Below are positions 1 to 9,563 of a stretch of 64,000 bases of DNA, piece after piece. The notes beneath the pieces were generated by a model, which worked only from the letters and a program-made list of their open reading frames with translations, was not told the DNA's origin and did not search any database. This stretch comes from an uncultured Polaribacter sp. (GTDB taxonomy: Bacteria > Bacteroidota > Bacteroidia > Flavobacteriales > Flavobacteriaceae). The stretch spans positions 2,088-66,087 of the forward strand of contig CAJQQH010000001.1 in NCBI GenBank assembly GCA_905480405.1, in the 5' to 3' direction. The position numbers and the translations under genes are program-made. Position 1 is the stretch's first letter, and every line of letters begins with the position of its first letter.

Positions 1-1386
1 TTCATTTGCTCGTTTTTCATCTATATCATAATCCCACATAATATACATTGCTAAAATGGTTCCTAAAATTGGAAAGAAACAAAAGAAAGTATGTAAACCA
101 TCTACTGCAGCTTGTTGGTCTATTGTAGCAAGATCTGGTTTAAAACCTACAATTGCAATTATAACTCCACTCAAAGCCCCTGCAATAGCAAAACCTACTT
201 TAACCATCCACCAATAAATTGCACCAAATATTCCTTCTCTTCTAAGGCCTGTATTTAATTCATCAATATCAATTATATCTGCTGTCATAGACATCATAAT
301 TGTAAATAAACTTCCAATTCCGAAAGAGAAAAAAGGTAGCGCAATTATATACATCCATGGTTTACCTGGTATAAATAAAAACCATAACATAACATAACCA
401 ATAATTGATATTCCTTGAGCTGCCAAAAACGCTTTTTTCTTACCCCAAATTTTAGACATATAAGTAATAATTGGTATTACTAAAAATGTAGTTCCTAATG
501 CACCTAAACAACCAAATAAAGAAACCCAAATTCCACTTTCTGCTGCATCACCATTAAATAATTTATAAACAATTACAAAAAAAGTTAATGCTGCTACAGT
601 ATTAAATGCGTTATAAATTAAAAAAGTAGCCCCACATAGCTTTCTAAATACTTTTATTTTAAATGCTTCTTTAAAACTAGTGAATATCTTTGTTAAACTA
701 CCTCCAATATTTGCTGTATTTAACGGTTCATAATCTTTATCTAAAGTAGATTCGCTTTTAATAAAAATAGCTGGAACTATAGCGCAAATTGCACAAGGGA
801 TTGCTACCCAAATTGATAATTCTCTTACCGCTACTTCTGCAGATGGAAACCATTCTGGATCATACATAATAATCCAAAACCAAGGTGCAATAACCCAAGC
901 CCATTGTCCAATCCATTGTGCAATTGCCATAATACTTGTACGTTCATGAAAATCATCACTCATTTCGTACCCCATAGCTACATATGGTACACTAAAAAAT
1001 GTAAGACCTAAATAAAAAATAATTGACCATAAGAAAAAGTACCAAAAATTGAACTGTAAAGAATTTTCTTTAAAAAGCTGCCACATAAATATGTAAGCAA
1101 TTCCCATAATAACTCCACCAATTACAACATATTGCCTACGTCTTCCCCACTTAGATTTAGTATTGTCTGAAATAAAACCCATTATTGGATCGGTTATAGA
1201 ATCGAAAATTCTTGGAAAAAAATAAATTAAAGACCACATCCAACCTGGAAAACCTAAATCTTGAACCAAAACAACCATAAATATCCCTAAAATAGCCGGG
1301 AACATTTGGTTAGCAAACATCCCTATACCAAAGGCTATTTTTTGCCCCATTGGTACTTTTGCTTTTATTTTTATATTTTTTGACAT
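1..1386 (-). CDS. MFS/GPH-family sugar:cation symporter; C-terminus runs off the window start
   Basis: Absent from the ORF track because no stop lies in the window. My reverse translation from ATG (1386-1384) reads MSKNIKIKAKVPMGQKIAFGIGMFANQMFPAILGIFMVVLVQDLGFPGW... and stays open to base 1 (...TILAMYIMWDYDIDEKRANE). Multiple hydrophobic spans. Co-oriented with GH30 and 31 nt downstream of it. Confidence 0.75.
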   Translation of the reverse strand, partial: MSKNIKIKAKVPMGQKIAFGIGMFANQMFPAILGIFMVVLVQDLGFPGWMWSLIYFFPRIFDSITDPIMGFISDNTKSKWGRRRQYVVIGGVIMGIAYIFMWQLFKENSLQFNFWYFFLWSIIFYLGLTFFSVPYVAMGYEMSDDFHERTSIMAIAQWIGQWAWVIAPWFWIIMYDPEWFPSAEVAVRELSIWVAIPCAICAIVPAIFIKSESTLDKDYEPLNTANIGGSLTKIFTSFKEAFKIKVFRKLCGATFLIYNAFNTVAALTFFVIVYKLFNGDAAESGIWVSLFGCLGALGTTFLVIPIITYMSKIWGKKKAFLAAQGISIIGYVMLWFLFIPGKPWMYIIALPFFSFGIGSLFTIMMSMTADIIDIDELNTGLRREGIFGAIYWWMVKVGFAIAGALSGVIIAIVGFKPDLATIDQQAAVDGLHTFFCFFPILGTILAMYIMWDYDIDEKRANE

Positions 1387-1417
1387 ACTTTGTTTTGTTT
1401 TAGTTTGGTTAACAATT

Positions 1418-2914
1418 TTAATTTGGAACTACAATTGTTTGAATTGCTTGCCCTTGAATTGAGATTGCTATATTCTTATCATTTAATACCAAGTTCATAG
1501 TTTTTACTTTTTCCCCTTCATTAAAAGCCACAATTGCAATAGAACCATCAGGATTTTGAGCAGCTGTTACCATTAAGTCTTTATCTGAATTTTCTAGGCC
1601 TATAACGGTTGCTTCTGGCCTAATAAATTTGCTAAAATGTGAAAGAGTATAATAAAGTGGTGTAAAGTAAACTTCATCTTTATCTGGATCTACAATAACT
1701 GGAGCAACACACCAATTTTCGAACCAATTTGGCCCTCCTTTAGTATCTAAAACCATATTCCAATCAATCCAACCATCAACATAATTATTTAAACACCCAA
1801 TAATATCTCTTGCATATCTGTTTACTGGAGAGTATTTTGGATGTAAGTGCTTATCCTTTTCTGGAGCCCAGTCCCAACCCCAATCTGTAGCTTCTTTTCT
1901 CCAATACCAAGCATCATCATTCCATTTTGGAATTTCTGAATCTACACAAGCTTCAGATTGAATTAAATATTTATTTGGAGCTTTGTTATGTGCATATTGC
2001 AGCTCTTTTGGAAAATAATCATAAGTACTTGCGTACCAATGAATGGCAGTACCATCAAAATACTTAGAAGTTGCTTCGTTTTTAAATTGAGAATCTACCC
2101 ATTCATTTAAATGCTCTCTGTTTTGATCATAACCTAATATTTTAGCTGTATGACCATCTTTCTCTAATTGTGGCCCTAAATAATTTTGTACAAAATTGGT
2201 CATTTCATCAGGAGAATAATGCATGCTCTCCCAATTATTTCCATTTCCTAAGGGTTCATTTTCTACTGTAAACCCCCAAATATCAATCCCTTCTATCTTA
2301 TAAGCATCAATATATTTAGAGAAAAAAAGCGCCCAAGTATCATAATATTCTGGCAATAGCTTACCGCCAACCCATTTATTATTATCCTTCATCCAAGGAG
2401 ATGCTGTCCAAGGTGATGACAAAATCTTAAATCCTTCTTTAGATACTTTCATAGCATCTTTTATCATTGGGATGATATCATCTTTATCTTCTTCTATAGT
2501 AAAATTTTTTAATTCTTTATCTCCTTCTATTGGTGCATAAGAATACTGGCTAATAGAAAAATCACAAGAATTCATATGGGTTCTTGTTAAAGAATATTTC
2601 GCTCCAGTTTCACCAAAATATGCTTCGATAATTTCAGCCCTTTTTTCTTTACTTAAACGATTAAGCAAATAAGCAGAAGATTCTGTAAAAGAACCTCCAA
2701 AACCAGTAATTATTTGTCTTTTTTGCTCAGGTAATAATTTCAATTGAACAAAATTATTTTGATTTTTATTCGAAGAAAAATCCTCTAATTTGGTTAAATT
2801 ATTTCCGCTTGCAGAAGTTTCATATACCTCAACAATAAGATTATCTTGTTTTGTTTGACAACTTAAAATCATAAATAATAGCAATAGAAACAGTAAATCG
2901 TTTATTTTTTTCAT
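1418..2914 (-). CDS. GH30 glycoside hydrolase lipoprotein, likely beta-1,6-glucosidase/glucanase that debranches laminarin
   Basis: Lipobox MILSC. GH30 glucosylceramidase-fold signatures GFGGSFTESSA, SSPWTASPWMK, FTVENEP (acid/base Glu) and IQSEAC (nucleophile Glu). PUL context. Confidence 0.8.
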   Translation of the reverse strand: MKKINDLLFLLLLFMILSCQTKQDNLIVEVYETSASGNNLTKLEDFSSNKNQNNFVQLKLLPEQKRQIITGFGGSFTESSAYLLNRLSKEKRAEIIEAYFGETGAKYSLTRTHMNSCDFSISQYSYAPIEGDKELKNFTIEEDKDDIIPMIKDAMKVSKEGFKILSSPWTASPWMKDNNKWVGGKLLPEYYDTWALFFSKYIDAYKIEGIDIWGFTVENEPLGNGNNWESMHYSPDEMTNFVQNYLGPQLEKDGHTAKILGYDQNREHLNEWVDSQFKNEATSKYFDGTAIHWYASTYDYFPKELQYAHNKAPNKYLIQSEACVDSEIPKWNDDAWYWRKEATDWGWDWAPEKDKHLHPKYSPVNRYARDIIGCLNNYVDGWIDWNMVLDTKGGPNWFENWCVAPVIVDPDKDEVYFTPLYYTLSHFSKFIRPEATVIGLENSDKDLMVTAAQNPDGSIAIVAFNEGEKVKTMNLVLNDKNIAISIQGQAIQTIVVPN

Positions 2915-2920
2915 ATTTTT

Positions 2921-4210
2921 CTATCTTGGATATTCTGTATTAGGTACTAATACAGATTTCATTAACTCTTCTTTGTTTCCTTTATAAGTTTTAATTATTG
3001 AGTTCCCATCTCTCTTTAACCCATTAAAAACACCTTTATCTACTAAATTCCATAGAGGATATTTAGCCTCACCTTTTAATGTAAATAAACCAAAGTGGTT
3101 TTCTGAACCTTGCGAATTTTGTGCATCTTTCCACTGTTCATCAAAAGCTTCAAAATAGAAACAAGAAATACCTTCTTTATTAGTCCATTCTCTTAAATGC
3201 TTATAATACAAACCTTGTTTATACTCGTCACTTGCTCTAGAACCTGGTACACCGTATTGACCATCAGAAATAGATGCCCAACCCGTTTCGCCTATATGAA
3301 TTGTTTTTGTAGAATCTATACTTTTTACGTAATTAGCAACATTTGCATATTGTGTTTTCGCAAAATTTAAACAACGAATCATAGAAAAATCAATTTTTTC
3401 TTTATCAGTTAACCCTTGTTCATGATCTGGAACTCGCCAAAATTCTGAGTTATAATGTGTATTATGATACGCATAGGTGTGCATAGAAACATAATCTACC
3501 GCTTTTATTAAATCTTCTAGATCTTTAACTCGATAACTTAAATCTCCTCCACCCCAAGAAGCAAAATCATCAGAACATGTTATCCATAAATCTTTAGAAA
3601 GTTTGCCCTCTTTCTTTAAGGTCTGCAAATGATTAACATATTTTAAAATTACATTAGGTCTTACAAAATAACTTGTAGCCCAACGAATCATGGCTTCATT
3701 ACCTACAGCAATTATCTTTACAATGTCTGGATATTTATTTGCCAAAGCAACAGCTCTAGATATTTCTCCTTCATTTTGATCACTTTCAATTTCGTGATCT
3801 GGCATTTTATCTGTCCAAGCATTTAAACAATCTATCCAAGCACCTAACATTACATACATTTCAAAAGTTGTATCCTCTTTTTTAAGTTGATGAATGGCTT
3901 CTAAAATATTTGCAGCATGCGGTAATTCTGGTTGCACATTATAGGTTCTAATAATTCGAATTCCCATAGCATACATCAACTTTAAATCTTCTTTAAGTTC
4001 TGGTATTGTAGGTTGCTTATCTTCTCTTGATTTCTCTCTATATCCTCCATAAGAAATTGCTAAATAATCTGGATTTCCTAAAATTTTGGCTGCTGTCATT
4101 TCTTCTTTAATTTCTTCTTTTTTATTTTCTTCACTAAAACTACATCCAAAACCAATAATTGATACTAATACTAGTATTGTTATTTTAAAGTTTGATTTTA
4201 TGTTTTTCAT
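2921..4210 (-). CDS. GH17 beta-1,3-glucanase lipoprotein
   Basis: Lipobox GFGC. TIM-barrel motifs IRTYN, AVGNEAM (acid/base) and HIGETGWAS (GH17 ETGWPS-type nucleophile motif). Confidence 0.7.
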   Translation of the reverse strand: MKNIKSNFKITILVLVSIIGFGCSFSEENKKEEIKEEMTAAKILGNPDYLAISYGGYREKSREDKQPTIPELKEDLKLMYAMGIRIIRTYNVQPELPHAANILEAIHQLKKEDTTFEMYVMLGAWIDCLNAWTDKMPDHEIESDQNEGEISRAVALANKYPDIVKIIAVGNEAMIRWATSYFVRPNVILKYVNHLQTLKKEGKLSKDLWITCSDDFASWGGGDLSYRVKDLEDLIKAVDYVSMHTYAYHNTHYNSEFWRVPDHEQGLTDKEKIDFSMIRCLNFAKTQYANVANYVKSIDSTKTIHIGETGWASISDGQYGVPGSRASDEYKQGLYYKHLREWTNKEGISCFYFEAFDEQWKDAQNSQGSENHFGLFTLKGEAKYPLWNLVDKGVFNGLKRDGNSIIKTYKGNKEELMKSVLVPNTEYPR

Positions 4211-4233
4211 TTTAAATGATTATTATTTTAATC

Positions 4234-6036
4234 TTAATAGGTTAAACCAAATCCAAATGGAAATAATGGTTCTACCGATTTATCCCATAAATTAGGCCCA
4301 TATTTCCCTTTAAAATCTTCTACAGATTTTGGCCACGAATGAGGTAACTTACCAGAAAAGTTATAATCTCCAAAAAGAACTTCTGCAACACCATCTCCTT
4401 CAGAACCTAATAACCATGCAGCTACAAAAGCATCTGAATTATTAATTTGATTTGTTACAACTAATGGTCTTCCAGAAACTAAAACAACAACCGTTTTAAC
4501 TCCTTTTTCTTGGTAGGTTTTTATATAATTCTGATGTTCTTCTGATAATGTTAATTTTAGTTCATTAGATTCATGCCCTATATCACCAAAAAACTCTGCA
4601 TAAGGTGTTTCGCCTAAAACAATAATAGCAACATCTGCATCAAAGTGATTTTTAGTTGCTGTAGAATCATATACAACTTCTCCTTTTGCTTGCTGTTTTA
4701 TTCCTTCTAAAATTGTAGTTGCTCCTTTATAATTTTCTTTAGTCCCTTGCCAATTAACAGTCCAACCACCAGATTGTAAGCCACTATTATTAGCATGCTC
4801 TCCAACCACAACAATTTTTTTTGTCTCTTTTGATAAAGGCAACACTTTATTCTTATTTTTTAATAAAACTAAAGATTCTCTTACCGCTTGTCTTGCTATT
4901 TCTCTATGCTCTTTACTTCCTATTTTAGTTACTAAAGTTGTATCAGGAAAAGGATTATCAAACAATCCTAATTTAAATTTTTGACGTAATATTCTTTTTA
5001 CTGCATCATCAATTCTTGATATAGAAACTGTACTATCTATAATCCCTTTTTTTAATCCATTTTGAAATATTTCTAAATCGCCATCTACAGCCATAACCAT
5101 ATCTATACCTGCGTTTACAATATCATTTCCACCAAATCGAGAATATCCTTTCCAGTCAGAAACTACAATACCATTAAAATTCATACCAACTTTTAAAGTA
5201 TCGGTAATTAAAGCTTTATTAGCATGCATAGAAACATTTCCTATTCTATTAAATGATGCCATTACAGCTCCTATATTTTCTTTTACAGCTACTCTATATG
5301 GTGCTAAAAGTCTATCATTTATTTCTACTGAATTTAAAGACGTATTACCTCCTTCTATTCCAAAATCTGTTGCTCCATCGCCAATAAAATGTTTAGCAGT
5401 AGCCAAAACAGTTTTTGGGTCGTCTAAGTTTCCTTGATGCCCATTAACAGATGCTTTTGTTAGTTTTGCTGTAAGTTCTGTACTTTCTGAAAACGCTTCA
5501 TACACTCTACCCCATTTTTCATTATAAGGTATTGCAATACACGGTGAAAAAACCCAATTAAAACCAGTTGCTTGACTTTCTATTGCAGTAATTTTTCCAA
5601 TATTCTTTACCAACTCTTCATTTCTAGTTGCTCCTAAACCAATATTATGTGGAAATATAGTTGCTCCTTCAAAAGTGTTTTGACCATGAACAGCATCTAC
5701 AGCAAATAACAACGGAATACCCAGTCTTGTAGAAATCGCTTTCTTTTGAAGTGCTATAAATTTATTTTGCCATTCTAAAGCAGTTTCTCCAGGAAAAGGG
5801 CCTTGTGTATGAATAATAGAACCTAAAAATTTAGAAGTAACAGATTCTTCTGCAGATTCCTCAAAATGAATAATTTGAGTCATCTGACCGATTTTCTCTT
5901 CTAAAGTCATTAACTTTAAAAGAGAATCTATCTTCTGTTCTAAAAGTGGCTTTCTACTACTTTTCATATCATTACAACAGATAATGCATATTAATAAAAG
6001 GCAACTAACTATATATGCAATATCTATTCTTTTCAT
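4234..6036 (-). CDS. GH3 beta-glucosidase (exo-beta-1,3-glucosidase likely)
   Basis: Signal peptide/lipobox (LICIICC). GH3 motifs AVDAVHGQN and KHFIGDG, and nucleophile GIVVSDW. Two-domain length of 600 aa. Confidence 0.85.
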   Translation of the reverse strand: MKRIDIAYIVSCLLLICIICCNDMKSSRKPLLEQKIDSLLKLMTLEEKIGQMTQIIHFEESAEESVTSKFLGSIIHTQGPFPGETALEWQNKFIALQKKAISTRLGIPLLFAVDAVHGQNTFEGATIFPHNIGLGATRNEELVKNIGKITAIESQATGFNWVFSPCIAIPYNEKWGRVYEAFSESTELTAKLTKASVNGHQGNLDDPKTVLATAKHFIGDGATDFGIEGGNTSLNSVEINDRLLAPYRVAVKENIGAVMASFNRIGNVSMHANKALITDTLKVGMNFNGIVVSDWKGYSRFGGNDIVNAGIDMVMAVDGDLEIFQNGLKKGIIDSTVSISRIDDAVKRILRQKFKLGLFDNPFPDTTLVTKIGSKEHREIARQAVRESLVLLKNKNKVLPLSKETKKIVVVGEHANNSGLQSGGWTVNWQGTKENYKGATTILEGIKQQAKGEVVYDSTATKNHFDADVAIIVLGETPYAEFFGDIGHESNELKLTLSEEHQNYIKTYQEKGVKTVVVLVSGRPLVVTNQINNSDAFVAAWLLGSEGDGVAEVLFGDYNFSGKLPHSWPKSVEDFKGKYGPNLWDKSVEPLFPFGFGLTY

Positions 6037-6041
6037 CTATT

Positions 6042-9000
6042 TTACTTAATAACAGATACTTTTATGTGATTAATTTCACCAGATCTATCAAACATTTTTT
6101 CGCTTATTTGTTTATCTATAGTTAAACTATCAAAACCTATACTCTTATCATCATTAAAAGAAATTTCAATTGAATTCACATCAGATAAGCTATAAATAAT
6201 TGGAACTTGACAATAAGTAAAACACAATTGGTTAATACCAATATTTAAATGTTGGTTTTTACCTTTAACATCTATATAATTAAACACTTGCGAAGCTTCT
6301 AAAAATTCCGAAGCTTTTAATAAACGAGGGTTAAAAACAACTTTTCCTTCTTTAACAAAAACACCTAACTCACCAAACCTACTTAACAAATCTTCTTTTA
6401 CCTGACCTGTCATTCCTGGTTGTTGAGCTCCTTTTGTTGCTGGAGTATGGGAATACGCATCTGTTGGAAAAGCACCATATAATTCTGGTGATTTATGCAC
6501 TCCAATTCCTGCGTTTATTTCGTAATAATGATCAAATAATTTACCAATTACAACATCACTTTCACTTGTTTCTACAGCCAACAAACAGTTTTCTTGCACT
6601 GCCAACAACAATTTAGAAACCATATGCCAATAAATTGATCCTAAACCTTCATAACCAAAGAAAGTTCCAGAACGGCCAGTAAAAGATTTATGATCGAAAA
6701 TTTCTTCGAATATCTCTAAAACCTTATCAGAATCAGTTAAAACCAACTCTTTATAATTAGGGGATAAATTTTCTAAAGCGACTTTAACACTATTTGCATT
6801 ATTAAAATTTCCACTAAAGTGATAATTTCCTAATACATCTATTTCTATAAGTTCTTTATTATTATCTTTTACTAGTTGTTGTAATAATTTAGAATTTTCA
6901 ATTTTATTTGCAGCAATATTATTTTTATCGGTAAATCTTGGTAAGTTTTTATTTGGGTATAAAATATAACTGTATTGATCTGCTCTAAACAAAGCAGAAG
7001 CCTTTAAGCCATCTAATAAATCTAACGCCTGTTTTGGTGTTAAGTAACCAGAACTTAATGCAGATACTTGACCTTCTAACATTTCTGATAAATAAGAAAT
7101 AGAAACTTCTTCAGAGTTTTCTATGGTCATTAAATTGTATGCATGATACATATTATCAGAACGTTTATTAGCTCTAATACTATGTTCTAAATAATTTTTG
7201 GTGATTGCAAAAAAGTCTAACAATGCTTCTTTTGTAATAACTGTTTTATTTGTTGAAAATCCATTTTCATAAATAAACGCTCTATAATTACTTGCAGGTT
7301 TTCCTAAACCATCTAAAACTGTTTTTCTAGATTTATCGGATACTTTACCCGCTAAAATAGATTTATTTGTATTTAATGTTTTTAAAATCTCATTAAATAA
7401 TGATGCTACTTCATCAGAAATTTGAATTTTATTTATATCTGCATTTGCAACAATACCTTCAAAGAAATTAATAAATCTTCTTAAATAATTTAAAGTTACC
7501 ATAGAAACACCGTTACCCACTAAAGCATTGTTAGCATCGTTCCATTCTGGTCTTTGTGTATTTAACCAAATTCCTCCTTCAGGTATAAAATTAGATACCT
7601 TAGCTAAAACAGTAACTAACAGTTTTTCTATTAAATTTACTTTATAAGGATTATCGTTTTTATCTCTTAACAGAGAACCATCAGCACCAACTTTAGTTCT
7701 TCTATCTTCGATTTCTATTTGTAATTTATGGTCAAAATCAATAGTATCTTTAGAATTTTTTAAAATATCTGAGTATGATTTTATAACATAAGGCACATTT
7801 GCATATACAAAAACATCATCATTAAATAAATCTGCTAATTTAGACGGATAATGCTTTTCTATAAACTCCAAGAATTTTAGCAAATAAATAATTTGATGGT
7901 CTCCCCAATATCCAATATAAGACCAAGGGTCGTGTTCTTCTATAATTTCCCAATCAAAACCACTTTTTGTAACTCTATAAGGGTTGTATCCTTCAAAAGT
8001 AGTTGCGTTTAAAAACTTATGAATCATACTCTCAATAAATTGAGGGTATGAATGAGCTAATGTTTCCCAGTTTTGAAAAATATCTCTCCAGTTACCTTCG
8101 TAATCTAAAATTTTAGACCCGTCAATTTCACTTTTTGTATTGATAGAAAACTTATTCCAAGGCCTACTTGGATCTCCATGTCTTCTACTAAACTTTAAAG
8201 GTAAATACTCTAAACAAAGTCTTTTAAAATCTTTATCATCATCATTTTCTGCTATGTTCTTAATAAAATTTAAAGTAAATTTATTTGGCAAATCATGTAA
8301 GAAATCTTCTTTAATTGCAAATAATTGTTTATTTGCTTTAGATAAATAAGTTACAAAATCGTCTTTTTCTATTGTATAATTATCATCAAAAATACCACCT
8401 CTCATAATATTAAAAAGTGTATTTGAAAAATGTCTTGTATTTATTAAAGGATCATTTGAAAGCTGTAAACCATCTGAAGCAGCAACTAAATTAATTAGAT
8501 TTTTTGTACCATCTTCGATACTCTCTTGTAATAAATCTTCTAAACAAGATTCATTTTTTATCATTTCAGATATACGAGTAACATCTGAAACTGTTTGGTT
8601 TACATTTACAACTTGCAACCATTTTTTTTCTTGTTTTGCTACTAAATTAATATTTGTAGTTAAAAAATAAGCCCCTTTTTCTGCCTTCATATCCACTTCT
8701 TGTTGAAGCTGAATACCTCTTCTAAAATTATTTAATTGTAAGGAAGATAATAAATATGTTGGATTTTCTAAACCTAAAGACCAGATTAAATTAGCTTTTA
8801 AAGCTTCACTTGGCTCTGCTTTATCTACAATAATAGCACTTAATGCATAAATACCTAAACCAGAATCTGCATCTAATTCACATTTTTTATAAGCATCGAC
8901 TAAGTTACTTCTAATACCTTGTATGTCTGAACCTACACCATAAGGTATAACATCTTGAAACCCGTCTAAAACAGAAATATCTAAGTTCTCATCAAAATTA

Positions 9001-9497
9001 TTAACTAAAGTTGCTTTTCTTACAAAACCAAATTGATCACTAGAGTTCCATTGATATTTAAAAGTCAAACCTAAATCTTCATTGATTTCTTCAAAAATAA
9101 CTTTGTTTCCAAATTCATTTTTATAAACATTTCTAACAATACTGTATAAACCAGCTTGTCTTTCTGAAAAAGGTTCCCACAAAAGTGTTTTACCTTCTTT
9201 GTTTATTCTAAAAATAGATTTACAACCTGTAGTTTCTGCTAATTCTGTAATTTTATCATCTGTGTAATAAGGAAAAACAGCGTACTCAGCATTTTTTCTA
9301 CCTGCAGTTAAACCTCCATTACTTGAAATAAACATCCAATGATTTGAGTCTGATACAATAGTCATAAAAAATGGACGCATTGTATGACTATTAGAAATCT
9401 TATAATAAGATTCATTTTCATATTTCACTAACTCTCCAGTAATCTCATTACCTTTTATAGAAGTTAAATTGTCTTTGAAAGAAACAGTTTTACTCAT
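6042..9497 (-). CDS. Large cytoplasmic GH94/GH149-type glycoside phosphorylase candidate (beta-1,3-glucan/laminari-oligosaccharide phosphorylase)
   Basis: 1151 aa with no signal peptide or TM segment. NWRDIFQNWE (R471/D472) and RPEWNDANNA (D654) resemble the RD..Q and DWND motifs of the (alpha/alpha)6 GH94 fold. The size and the beta-1,3-glucan PUL context fit GH149. Confidence 0.55.
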   Translation of the reverse strand: MSKTVSFKDNLTSIKGNEITGELVKYENESYYKISNSHTMRPFFMTIVSDSNHWMFISSNGGLTAGRKNAEYAVFPYYTDDKITELAETTGCKSIFRINKEGKTLLWEPFSERQAGLYSIVRNVYKNEFGNKVIFEEINEDLGLTFKYQWNSSDQFGFVRKATLVNNFDENLDISVLDGFQDVIPYGVGSDIQGIRSNLVDAYKKCELDADSGLGIYALSAIIVDKAEPSEALKANLIWSLGLENPTYLLSSLQLNNFRRGIQLQQEVDMKAEKGAYFLTTNINLVAKQEKKWLQVVNVNQTVSDVTRISEMIKNESCLEDLLQESIEDGTKNLINLVAASDGLQLSNDPLINTRHFSNTLFNIMRGGIFDDNYTIEKDDFVTYLSKANKQLFAIKEDFLHDLPNKFTLNFIKNIAENDDDKDFKRLCLEYLPLKFSRRHGDPSRPWNKFSINTKSEIDGSKILDYEGNWRDIFQNWETLAHSYPQFIESMIHKFLNATTFEGYNPYRVTKSGFDWEIIEEHDPWSYIGYWGDHQIIYLLKFLEFIEKHYPSKLADLFNDDVFVYANVPYVIKSYSDILKNSKDTIDFDHKLQIEIEDRRTKVGADGSLLRDKNDNPYKVNLIEKLLVTVLAKVSNFIPEGGIWLNTQRPEWNDANNALVGNGVSMVTLNYLRRFINFFEGIVANADINKIQISDEVASLFNEILKTLNTNKSILAGKVSDKSRKTVLDGLGKPASNYRAFIYENGFSTNKTVITKEALLDFFAITKNYLEHSIRANKRSDNMYHAYNLMTIENSEEVSISYLSEMLEGQVSALSSGYLTPKQALDLLDGLKASALFRADQYSYILYPNKNLPRFTDKNNIAANKIENSKLLQQLVKDNNKELIEIDVLGNYHFSGNFNNANSVKVALENLSPNYKELVLTDSDKVLEIFEEIFDHKSFTGRSGTFFGYEGLGSIYWHMVSKLLLAVQENCLLAVETSESDVVIGKLFDHYYEINAGIGVHKSPELYGAFPTDAYSHTPATKGAQQPGMTGQVKEDLLSRFGELGVFVKEGKVVFNPRLLKASEFLEASQVFNYIDVKGKNQHLNIGINQLCFTYCQVPIIYSLSDVNSIEISFNDDKSIGFDSLTIDKQISEKMFDRSGEINHIKVSVIK

Positions 9498-9563
9498 TAT
9501 TTTTTTTAATTATGTTTTTTATTTAAATGTTGATACTATTAAAACTTATCATTCATTTATGAT

